Below are positions 40,112 to 48,389 of a DNA stretch of 64,000 bases, one piece after another; the stretch's first letter is position 1; each line of letters starts with the position of its first letter. The notes beneath the pieces were generated by a model that saw only the letters and a program-made list of their open reading frames with translations, searched no databases and had not been told where the DNA came from. Origin of the DNA: an uncultured Solirubrobacterales bacterium. Lineage in GTDB: Bacteria > Actinomycetota > Thermoleophilia > Solirubrobacterales > Solirubrobacteraceae. Position numbers and translations under genes: made by a program. The stretch lies in NCBI GenBank assembly GCA_963731355.1, contig CAVSUS010000004.1, positions 129,926-193,925 of the forward strand, read 5' to 3'.

Positions 40112-41569
40112 ATGACCTCGGTTGCGGTGGTTGGAGCCGGCTTCGGCGGTGTCGGGGCAGCGGTGATGCTGCATCGAGCGGGCTACGACGACGTCACCGT
40201 GTTCGAGCGGGGCGAGCGCATCGGTGGTGTCTGGCACTACAACACCTATCCAGGAGCGGCGTGCGATGTCCCATCGCATCTGTATGAGTTCTCGTTCGCG
40301 CCCAACCCCCAGTGGTCGCGGCGCTACGCGCCGCAGGCGGAGATCCAGCGGTACCTCGAGCAGGTCGCGCGGCGGTACGGCGTGCTCGACCGAATCCGGA
40401 CCGGCACCGAGGTTCACCGGGCGCGCTGGGACGACCAGCGGGACCGGTGGGTTCTGGGAACGAGCCGTGGCGGTCACGAGGCAGACATCCTCGTCGCTGC
40501 TTGCGGGCAGCTGTCGGTGCCGAAAACGCCGCCGCTTCCCGGGCTCGGGAGTTTCGCCGGACCCGCGTTCCACACCGCGCGCTGGCAGCACGAGGTGGAC
40601 CTGGCCGGCAAGCGGGTGGCGGTGTTGGGGACCGGCTGCAGCGCGATTCAGGTCGTGCCCGCGATCCAGCCACTCGTCGCGCGGCTCGACGTCTACCAAC
40701 GCTCGCCGGGCTGGACGTTCCCGAGGATGGACTTCGCCTACCGGGAGCGGACCAAGCGGCTGTTTGAGCGCCTGCCTGCTCTGCAGCGGCTCGACCGAAT
40801 TTCGATCCTGGCCTTCCACGAGCTGGGCGCGGCCGCGCAGACCAGCCAACCATGGCTGCGACCGCCGTTCCGCGCGATCGGGCGCTATCAGATCAACCGG
40901 GCGATCAAGGATCCCGCCCTGCGACGGAAGGTGACACCGAGCGATGAGATGGGCTGCAAGCGGGTGATGCTGACCGATGATTGGTATCCAACACTGACCA
41001 AACAAAACGTCGAGCTGATCACCGAACCGATCGCCGAGGTGCGACCCGACGGGATCCTCACCGCCGACCACAGGGAGCGCCCAGCCGACGTGCTGGTGCT
41101 GGCCACAGGCTTCGAGACCCACGGCTTCGTCGCGCCGATGGAGATCATCGGCGCCAACGGTCGCCCGCTAGCCGAGGAATGGTCGGAGGTAGCGCGTGCG
41201 TACCTGGGGCTGAGCGTGCCCGGCTTCCCGAATATGTTCCTGCTGTACGGACCGAACACCAACGGCGGGACCGGCTCGGTGATCTACACGCTCGAGGCTG
41301 GCATGAGACACGTGACCGCCGCGCTCGAGCAACTTCGCCACAGTCGGATGTGCAGAATCGAGGTCAAGCGCCCGACGGCCGAAGCGTTCGACCGCGAGCT
41401 GCGCGCGGCGCTCAGCAAAACCGTCTGGCACACCGGCTGCACAAGCTGGTACGTGGACGAGAACGGCAACGATCCGAACCAGTGGCCGTGGCTGTGGAGC
41501 ACGTATCGCCGCAGGACCGCCCGGATTACCTCAGCTTCCTACGAGCTCAGCGCCCAGCGCGTCGCGTAG
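40112..41569 (+). CDS. Baeyer-Villiger/flavin-containing monooxygenase
   Basis: GAGFGG, NTYPGAACD, FAGPAFHTARW, GTGCSA. Confidence 0.94.
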   Translation: MTSVAVVGAGFGGVGAAVMLHRAGYDDVTVFERGERIGGVWHYNTYPGAACDVPSHLYEFSFAPNPQWSRRYAPQAEIQRYLEQVARRYGVLDRIRTGTEVHRARWDDQRDRWVLGTSRGGHEADILVAACGQLSVPKTPPLPGLGSFAGPAFHTARWQHEVDLAGKRVAVLGTGCSAIQVVPAIQPLVARLDVYQRSPGWTFPRMDFAYRERTKRLFERLPALQRLDRISILAFHELGAAAQTSQPWLRPPFRAIGRYQINRAIKDPALRRKVTPSDEMGCKRVMLTDDWYPTLTKQNVELITEPIAEVRPDGILTADHRERPADVLVLATGFETHGFVAPMEIIGANGRPLAEEWSEVARAYLGLSVPGFPNMFLLYGPNTNGGTGSVIYTLEAGMRHVTAALEQLRHSRMCRIEVKRPTAEAFDRELRAALSKTVWHTGCTSWYVDENGNDPNQWPWLWSTYRRRTARITSASYELSAQRVA

Positions 41570-41716
41570 CGGTCAAGGGACCCGCAGGTGGGGAGCTTCG
41601 ATGGTCGCCAGTGGAGGACGTCTCGAGTTGGGTCGAGACCTAAGCGAATGCTAGGGTCTTCTACGTTCTGAGCTGCGATCTCGGGGCAGGCCCCGCCAGT
41701 ACTGAGGAGGGTCGTC

Positions 41717-42628
41717 GTGCTCACTGTCATCTGCGCCTTGGGCGCCGCCTTCTGCAACGCGTCGTGGGCGGTGATGGCGCGATTGGCCGGCGTCGCGGCG
41801 CCCAAGGGCCAGTCCGCATGGCGAAGGGGGTGGTACCTGGTCCACCAGCCGGTCTGGCTGGTGGGACAGGCCTTCGCGGTCGGCGTGTTCGTGCTTAGCG
41901 GGGTGGCGCTGTACTTCGGTGAGCTGGCCGTCGTGCAGCCGCTGCTGGTCGCGGAGCTGATCTTTGCCCTGGCGCTGCGCGAGTTTCGCCTGCACGACGT
42001 CATCCCGGTGAAGTCCTGGTACGCGGCCGGCCTGGTCTGCTTGGGGCTGGGTGCGTTTCTGGGCGTGGCCAACTTCCACGGTGGCACGCGCGTCCCCAAG
42101 GCGGTGGAGTGGGCGGTCGCTCTGTCGGTGTGGAGCTTCGTCGCGGCCGTGTTGGTGGTGCTTGGGCAGCGTGGGTCTCCGGCTCGGCGAGCGGGCTTGA
42201 TAGGCGCCGCCGCCGCAGTGGTGTGGTCCGTGGACGCCAGTTTTGTCAAGAAGCTCACCGAAGTGCTGCAGCACCACGGCTTCTTTGGGGTATTTGACCA
42301 CTGGCCGCTCTACGCGCTGGTGGTCAGCGGGATTCTCGGCGCGGTGCTTACCCAGGCCGCCTTCAACGCCGGTCCACTTTCGGCCTCTCAGCCCGCGCTA
42401 CTCATCGTCGACCCGTTGGCGAGCATCATCCTCGGGATGGTGATCTTCGGCGAACGCCTTGACAACACCGTTCCCGCTCTGATCGGGGCTGTCTTTGCAC
42501 TCCTGGTCATGTGTGTCGGCGTCGTGCTGATGTCACGCTGGGCGCCCCCGTCGATGGAGCCGATCCCCGGGGATCCGCTGACGATCATGCGCTACGGCAG
42601 GAGGGCGACGACGCAAGCGACGGATTGA
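41717..42628 (+). CDS. DMT-superfamily membrane transporter
   Basis: Multi-TM, LAVVQPLLV, QAAFNAGPL. Confidence 0.82.
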   Translation: MLTVICALGAAFCNASWAVMARLAGVAAPKGQSAWRRGWYLVHQPVWLVGQAFAVGVFVLSGVALYFGELAVVQPLLVAELIFALALREFRLHDVIPVKSWYAAGLVCLGLGAFLGVANFHGGTRVPKAVEWAVALSVWSFVAAVLVVLGQRGSPARRAGLIGAAAAVVWSVDASFVKKLTEVLQHHGFFGVFDHWPLYALVVSGILGAVLTQAAFNAGPLSASQPALLIVDPLASIILGMVIFGERLDNTVPALIGAVFALLVMCVGVVLMSRWAPPSMEPIPGDPLTIMRYGRRATTQATD

Positions 42629-42699
42629 GGAGCGTTCGCTGCGAACGAACCCAGATGGGAGCCACGAGGTGGTGCCGCGCCCGCCGTAGTCTTCGCGAG

Positions 42700-43077
42700 G
42701 TGAGCCCGGAATCTGCTCGGTGGCCCTGGCCTGATGATCTCGACGGTCCCAAGGCCGCGCCGGCATCCCACCGTGTCCTTCTGGATCACGCGGGCGTCCG
42801 AGTCCTCGAGGTCGTCGTGCACGCCGGCACACGCGAACCCGAGCACACCCACCGGTATCCAAGCGTGATGATCGTGGATCGTCCGGCTCGGCTTCGCTAC
42901 TACGCCGGAGACCAACCTGGAGTCGATGTCTCGCCCGCGAGCGGCGCTAACGCGCTGCCCAAGACCGAGCTGCTCGGTCCCGAAGGTCCGCACTCAGTCG
43001 AGAACGTCGATGATCATGACTATCACGCGTTTCGGATCGAGCACGCCCAGATCGAGTGGCGATCTCCAGCCTCTTGA
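42700..43077 (+). CDS. Cupin-domain protein
   Basis: HRVLLD...VRVLEV...EPEHTH...GPHSVEN. Confidence 0.8.
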   Translation: MSPESARWPWPDDLDGPKAAPASHRVLLDHAGVRVLEVVVHAGTREPEHTHRYPSVMIVDRPARLRYYAGDQPGVDVSPASGANALPKTELLGPEGPHSVENVDDHDYHAFRIEHAQIEWRSPAS

Positions 43078-43218
43078 CTTCTGCATGTCTACTTCGCCGA
43101 GGTTTAGTGAACGAGAAGTACTGAGCTCCGTGACCGGCGGACACCATTCGCCTTCGGAAGCCGGTCTGGCAGTCACGCGTCCGTGCGTCGATGACTTCAC
43201 CTGTGGGGCTGGCGAAGT

Positions 43219-43419
43219 CTAGGAGCCGGCAGATCTGAGCGTGACGACGTGGTCGGGGTTGACGGCGAGGTCGTCTGCTGTTTCGGCCTCGACGAGCCAC
43301 GCGAGCTGCATGATCGAACCCCGGGCCGCGTCGAGGATGATCCGCTCGATGTGCTTGACGTCTCCCTGGACGCGGTAGCGCTCTGTGGTGACGAGGGTTA
43401 TCTCCGTGGTGGAGGTCAT
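43219..43419 (-). CDS. Small hypothetical protein
   Basis: GAGGGG RBS; TEITLVTTERYRVQGD...AARGSIMQLAWL. Confidence 0.65.
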   Translation of the reverse strand: MTSTTEITLVTTERYRVQGDVKHIERIILDAARGSIMQLAWLVEAETADDLAVNPDHVVTLRSAGS

Positions 43420-43671
43420 GGGCCGCGGCGGCCCCTCGCTTGAGCTCATGTGCTTCTGGTTTGGCGCATCCGGCCGAACTCCTGCGGACGGGATGGGATG
43501 GCCTTGGGAGGCTGTCGCCTCCCAAGGCCATTTTCGAGAACGCGACCGTGGGCGGATATCGGGGTGCTACGGTGAGGATGCGGGCGGTGTTCTCGCCCGT
43601 GAGGTTCTCCTTTGCCGACGCAGCGAATCTCCCTCCGATCCCGTCACCGCGCCGGCGAAGGAAGGAGCTCG

Positions 43672-43884
43672 ATGTCCAGCCGCCGCTCTGAAGGCCTCGG
43701 CGTTTTCCGGCTGGGTGCAACCGCCGAGAAGGCGAAGACGAGTCCGGCCCTCCCGACGGGATCGTTTCGATCGTGCGGCGCTGGGAAGGCGACGGGTGAA
43801 GACGGCGCGCGAGCGGGCCGAGAAGAAAGCGGGCTGAGAAGCTCGAGCGGGTCCGCGAGCAGGTCGAGAACGGCTCGGTCTTGA
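43672..43884 (+). CDS. Small hypothetical protein
   Basis: Strong AAGGAAGGAG RBS; MSSRRSEGLGVFRLGATAEKAK; 3' end uncertain. Confidence 0.45.
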   Translation: MSSRRSEGLGVFRLGATAEKAKTSPALPTGSFRSCGAGKATGEDGARAGREESGLRSSSGSASRSRTARS

Positions 43885-43961
43885 TCCGCCAGATCACCGC
43901 TGAGGAGCGCCGACGATATCCGCCGCGCGCCGCCGAGCCGAAACAACCAGGTCGGCGGTGA
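43796..43961 (+). pseudogene. Small basic protein with +1 frameshift near 43828
   Basis: VKTARERAEK / RAEKLERVREQVENGSVLIRQITAEERRRYPPR; stop overlaps next start. Confidence 0.5.
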
Positions 43962-44248
43962 ACGTGCCCGAACGTGAGGGACTGATCGCGCGGATCCGGC
44001 AGATTCGTCGCGTCGCTGCGCAGGCGGGTGAACGCGCGAGGTCCTCTACGAGCGGTCCCGGGCATGACGAGGTGCGTTCGCTCGAGGTCCGGATCACGCA
44101 CCTAGAGCAGCTCGTTGAGGGCCTCCAGGATTCCGTGCACCGCGAGTCGACGCGGCTGAGCAGACGGATCGGCGACCTCGAGGCGCGGATCCAACCGGCG
44201 GCGCTCGGCAGGGCCCTGAGCGACGACGCTCGCGAGCGCGGGTTGTAG
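43958..44248 (+). CDS. Small coiled-coil protein
   Basis: LEVRITHLEQLVEGLQDSVHRE heptads. Confidence 0.65.
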   Translation: MNVPEREGLIARIRQIRRVAAQAGERARSSTSGPGHDEVRSLEVRITHLEQLVEGLQDSVHRESTRLSRRIGDLEARIQPAALGRALSDDARERGL

Positions 44249-44359
44249 CGACCGGTGACTGCGTTCTTCCTCCCTGGGATCGCAGGCGACGCGCGCGCGA
44301 TCGAAGGCGCGTACGGAGGTTCTCGGGTGCAACGCGTAGTGCGTGCTTGAGTTTGACCC

Positions 44360-44548
44360 GTGAGCTCGCGCAACGAGATCGAGCAGCTGCAGGCCGAGGC
44401 CGACTACTACCACGACCGGGTCGCGCTCCTGCGAGCGAAGCTGTACCGCTGGGGGCTGGGTTCCAACACGCGACTGCGAGAACTCGAACGGGCACTTGAG
44501 CGCGCACAACATCGCCTGCGCGACGCGCGGCGGCGCGCGAGGTCGTGA
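44360..44548 (+). CDS. Small helical protein
   Basis: EIEQLQAEADYYHDRVALLRAKLY...LRELER. Confidence 0.6.
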   Translation: MSSRNEIEQLQAEADYYHDRVALLRAKLYRWGLGSNTRLRELERALERAQHRLRDARRRARS

Positions 44549-44686
44549 GGCGAGCTGCTAGGTTCATCTGAGCGGTCGGCGCCGCCGGCCGCGAGGCAGC
44601 TTGCTTGGGTCCCGCAGTCAGCGGTTCGGGTCAGCCATCGCCTCCCGAATCGTCCGCGGCCCATCTGCGCCGCCAAGGAGTTGTGC

Positions 44687-45898
44687 ATGTCTACAGGATC
44701 GTTCGCCGATCTCGGTGTCTCGCGCACCGTCATCAGCTCTCTGTCCCGAGCCGGGATCACCGACCCGTTCGCGATCCAGCGTGCCGTGATCGCTGATGCG
44801 ATCGCCGGCCGCGACGTGATCGCGAAGTCGCCGACGGGATCGGGCAAGACGCTCGCGTTCGCGATCCCGCTGGTCGAGCGCATCGGCGCCGAAGACCCGC
44901 GTCCGTCGGCGCTCGTGCTCGCGCCGACCCGCGAGCTCGCGACACAGATCGTCGATCAGATCCGCGGTATCGCGCACGCCCGTGCGCTGCGCGTCACGGC
45001 GGTGTACGGCGGGACCAGCCTGGTCAAGCAGGCCAAGGACGCCGCCGCCTCGCACGTGTTGGTCGCGACCCCGGGGCGTCTAGAGGACCTGCTCGCGCGC
45101 AGAGCGTTCACGTTGGACGGGGTCCGGACGTTGGTCCTCGACGAGGCTGACCGGATGCTCGACTTGGGGTTTCGCCCGGCGATCTGCCGGATCGTCGCCG
45201 TCTGCCCGAGAGCGCGTCAGACGCTGTTCTTCTCCGCCACCCTCGACGGCGAGGCCGGACGGCTCGCCAACCAATATGCGCGCGACCCGGCGACCCACCA
45301 GCAGGGACCGGCGGCGCGGCGCGCCAACGCGGAGATCGAGCACAGGTTCGTGCAGGTCGCGCACGAGCACCGCGTCCAGGCGCTCGTCCGGGAGCTCGGT
45401 CGCGACCGTGGCCTGACGCTCGTGTTCGTCCGCACCAAGCACGGAGCCGACCGGCTCGTCAAGCGGCTCGCAGCGCACGGAGTCAACGCCGTGGCGATGC
45501 ACGGCGACAAGTCACAGCGCCAGCGCGAGCAGGCACTCTCCCGCTTTGAGTCCGGCGCGGTCGACACGCTGGTCGCGACCGACGTCGCGGCGCGCGGGCT
45601 CGACGTCCACGGGATCTCGCACGTGATCAACTTCGACCCGCCGCAAGACAGCCAGACCTACGTCCACCGCATCGGTCGCACCGGCCGCGCAGGCCGCAAA
45701 GGCATCGGGATCACACTCCTCACACCCGACCAGCACCGCGACGTCACCCAACTCGCCCGCCAACTCGGACTCGACCACGGCCTCTACAGGCCCAGGCCTC
45801 GAAGCCTCAAACCTGCGTCCGCGGCCGACGCCAGTCCTCACAACGGTCGCACCCCGCACCGCCCGCCTCGGCGCCGGCGAACCGCCACTCGAGCTTGA
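44687..45898 (+). CDS. DEAD-box RNA helicase (RhlE-like)
   Basis: TGSGKT, PTRELA, TPGRL, DEAD, SAT, ARGLD, HRIGRTGR; AAGGAG RBS. Confidence 0.96.
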   Translation: MSTGSFADLGVSRTVISSLSRAGITDPFAIQRAVIADAIAGRDVIAKSPTGSGKTLAFAIPLVERIGAEDPRPSALVLAPTRELATQIVDQIRGIAHARALRVTAVYGGTSLVKQAKDAAASHVLVATPGRLEDLLARRAFTLDGVRTLVLDEADRMLDLGFRPAICRIVAVCPRARQTLFFSATLDGEAGRLANQYARDPATHQQGPAARRANAEIEHRFVQVAHEHRVQALVRELGRDRGLTLVFVRTKHGADRLVKRLAAHGVNAVAMHGDKSQRQREQALSRFESGAVDTLVATDVAARGLDVHGISHVINFDPPQDSQTYVHRIGRTGRAGRKGIGITLLTPDQHRDVTQLARQLGLDHGLYRPRPRSLKPASAADASPHNGRTPHRPPRRRRTATRA

Positions 45899-46080
45899 CT
45901 TCCCCGCCGGCGAGCCTCTTAGTGCTGCTGGGGTTTGGCAAGGGCCCGACGTCTCACTTCGACGAGACACCCGCTCGCGCACGGCGGTGCGAGAGTCGCC
46001 GCGGCGGTCAACGTTCGGCGGTGCGAACCACCACACCGCCACGAACACGCCGGAGTCTGAGGCGGACCGCCGGCGGAGTC

Positions 46081-46107
46081 TGAGCCGGACCGGGTTCCAC
46101 GGAGACT
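46081..46107. mobile_element. Solitary IS3-family-like terminal inverted repeat
   Basis: TGAGCCGGACCGGGTTCCACGGAGACT resembles IS6110-type ends (TGAACCGCCCCGG...GGAGACT); no transposase or partner end found. Confidence 0.45.
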
Positions 46108-46682
46108 TGGTCAGGCGGGTTCCTTGGTTGTTTGGCCGTTGATGTTGTTGTTTGCCAGCGAGTCTCTCTGAGCCGTAGGTCGCAGAGGCCGGTCGCCGGC
46201 GTCGGGAGCTTGACCACGGCTGGGGCGGCCTGAGCGGGAGCGCTCAGCGCAGCCGAGGCGTTCACGGCATCGATCGGGCTGTTGGCGGCGAGATCGACGC
46301 CGAGCGCCGAGAAACGAGGCGTCCTAAGCCCGTCTGCGGCTGCCTCTCTGCCCTTCTGACCGAGTACGTCGCCCGGAAAGCGAGAAGGGCTCGAGGGCTC
46401 GCTGGGCGCACAACGACCCTACCACATTCCGACTCGGGGACTCGGAATTATCGCCTGGCAGTGTCGGGCACCAACCAGCAGAACTCGAACGCCGCGTCAT
46501 GACCCTCCGCAAGCTCGATTTCGATGGCGGCCTGGACCGTAGGCCGCGCAGCGAGCGGCGCAGCGCCGTTAACGATCGCAATGCCACGCGAGCGGTCGTC
46601 CCGGCCGGACCCGCTTTCACGTCCGGACGCGGGAAGCGTCGGCGGCGACGATCAAATCGCCCAACTAGCAGGCACTTCGTCA

Positions 46683-46755
46683 AGCCCGCCGGGGGACTCG
46701 AACCCCCAACCCCTTCATTACAAGTGAAGTGCTCTGCCAGTTGAGCTAGGCGGGC
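46683..46755 (-). tRNA. tRNA-Thr (TGT), CCA not encoded
   Basis: GCCCGCC/GGCGGGC acceptor, TAGCTCAACTGGCAGAGC D arm, CTTCA-CTTGTAA-TGAAG anticodon arm, GGTTCGAGTCC T arm. Confidence 0.97.
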
Positions 46756-46798
46756 CACTCGGGCGTCACGCGGCTTGTGGGCCGCGGGCGCTGGGCGC

Positions 46799-47770
46799 TC
46801 AGTGTCGCACGGCGCCTGGTGAGCTCGTGGCCCTGAGCTCCCGCTTCCACCACTCGAGCGTGTCGGCCATCGTCTGGGTGAGGGGAATCCGGGGGTTCCA
46901 GCCGGTTGTGGCCGTGATGCGCTCGTGGGCGCCGCGGAGCTCCATCACCTCGTGGCCGCGGACCCGTTCGGGGTCGACCACGTGCTCGACCGCCACCGGG
47001 GCGATCAGCCGGCCGATGAGCTCGATTTGCGCCCCGGCTGAGATCGAGCGGCCGGAGCAGATGTTGTAGACGCCCGGCCCGGCTCGTGCGGCGAGCAGGT
47101 GGTACGCGCGCGCCACGTCGCGGACGTCCGTGAAGTCGCGGCGCGTGTCCGGGTTCCCGGTGAGGATCCGCACCGGGTCGGCGCCGGCCACCAGACCCTC
47201 CGCCGCCTGGCGCGCGAGCGAAGAGAGGATGAAGATCGGCCGCTGACCGGGCCCGGCGTGGTTGAAAGGCCGGGCCCGGATGATCTCGAGTCCATGGGCA
47301 TCGGCGTAAACGGCCGCCAGCAGGTCGCCGGTGGTCTTCGAAACCGCGTAGGGATTTGCCGGCCGCAGCGGCGCCCACTCATCGATCGGCAGGCGGTCGG
47401 GCGGGCCGTACACCTCGCAGGAACTGGCCCAGACCACGCGCGCTTCAGGGGCCTCGTGCCGCACCGCCTCCAGTACGTTGACCGCCATCGCCACGTTGTC
47501 CTCGACGGCCCGGGCCGGCTGCTCCCAGGAGCGCCCCACGGAGCTGAGCGCCGCTAGGTGGTAGACCACCTCCGGGCGCATGGAGCCCACGATCCCCGCG
47601 ACGGCGTCCGCATCGAGCAGGTTGACCGCGCGACTCTGGATCCGCTCGCCGACACCCTCCGGCACCGCACCGCTCCGCGAGATTCCGACCACTTCGTCCC
47701 CGGCCCGGGAGCACTCGCGGGCGAGGTACCCACCGGCAAACCCCGACGCCCCCGTGATCAGGACACGCAC
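46799..47770 (-). CDS. GDP-4-keto-6-deoxymannose reductase / GDP-mannose dehydratase family protein
   Basis: TGASGFAG, HLAA, YAVSK, RPFNHAGPGQ, RDFTDVRD. Confidence 0.88.
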   Translation of the reverse strand: MRVLITGASGFAGGYLARECSRAGDEVVGISRSGAVPEGVGERIQSRAVNLLDADAVAGIVGSMRPEVVYHLAALSSVGRSWEQPARAVEDNVAMAVNVLEAVRHEAPEARVVWASSCEVYGPPDRLPIDEWAPLRPANPYAVSKTTGDLLAAVYADAHGLEIIRARPFNHAGPGQRPIFILSSLARQAAEGLVAGADPVRILTGNPDTRRDFTDVRDVARAYHLLAARAGPGVYNICSGRSISAGAQIELIGRLIAPVAVEHVVDPERVRGHEVMELRGAHERITATTGWNPRIPLTQTMADTLEWWKRELRATSSPGAVRH

Positions 47771-47795
47771 GCCCGACGCACCGTCGACCGCTCGG

Positions 47796-48329
47796 CTACG
47801 AGGTCGGCCCGGCCGACACCGCGTGCTCGAGCGACCCGTGGCCGTTGCTCGAGTACTGAGCCTCCGGTTGCAGCGGGATCGGTTCCCGGGCCGCGTTCAA
47901 ACGCCGCTCGAGCTCGCCCAGCACGATCCCGAACAGCAGGTGGCGCCAGGTGGCCTGGGCGAACGCGCGCCGGTTGCCGGAGAGAACCGGGAGCTGCTGG
48001 CGGGCGGGATGGGCACGATCGGTGACCCCGACGAGCGGCCACAGCGCGAGATGCTCGGCGAGCGCGGCGGCTGGACCTCGCATCATCGCCGGGAGCGGAA
48101 GAGCCGGCGCGACATTGGCGTAGGTGGCGCCAAATAGGGCACCGTTCTGGATGTGGAACGCGAGTCCCACCGGGTACCAGCCGTCCCCGCGCACCACCAG
48201 TCTGCCCAAGAGCTCGACGTCGTCGTAGGGACTCGCGAACACGAGCTTGTCGAGCGGTTGCTGAAGCGCCCAGACCGCCGCCGCGACCGCGCCGCAGACG
48301 GCTCCTCTGAGGGTGCGGGTGCGATCCAT
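47796..48329 (-). CDS. Hypothetical membrane protein
   Basis: MDRTRTLRGAVCGAVAAAVW...YDDVELLG...HLLFG. Confidence 0.7.
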   Translation of the reverse strand: MDRTRTLRGAVCGAVAAAVWALQQPLDKLVFASPYDDVELLGRLVVRGDGWYPVGLAFHIQNGALFGATYANVAPALPLPAMMRGPAAALAEHLALWPLVGVTDRAHPARQQLPVLSGNRRAFAQATWRHLLFGIVLGELERRLNAAREPIPLQPEAQYSSNGHGSLEHAVSAGPTS

Positions 48330-48389
48330 CCGAGGACTCAACCCACGCAACTGTAACGGGCGGGCCGGGCGTGGGTAGGCCAGTGTGCG

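Larger units (their letters stand above)
1267..46700. mobile_element. tRNA-Thr-anchored genomic island, no integrase seen
   Basis: Flanking direct repeats include the tRNA 3' end; accessory cargo and broken genes inside; housekeeping genes beyond the tRNA. Confidence 0.65.

Noticed and set aside
1445-41569. Secondary-metabolite biosynthetic cluster
   Set aside because: Tailoring, export and regulator genes are present, but no PKS, NRPS, terpene or RiPP core enzyme
43820-43840. Programmed frameshift at AAGAAAG
   Set aside because: The required shift is +1, whereas this motif type promotes -1; a simple insertion or sequencing error is more likely
46330-46660. Possible integrase remnant (LG/HNDPTT-like) beside the tRNA
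   Set aside because: Needs a frameshift and shows no other catalytic motif
46324-46758. ORFs overlapping the tRNA
   Set aside because: Translations of the tRNA sequence itself
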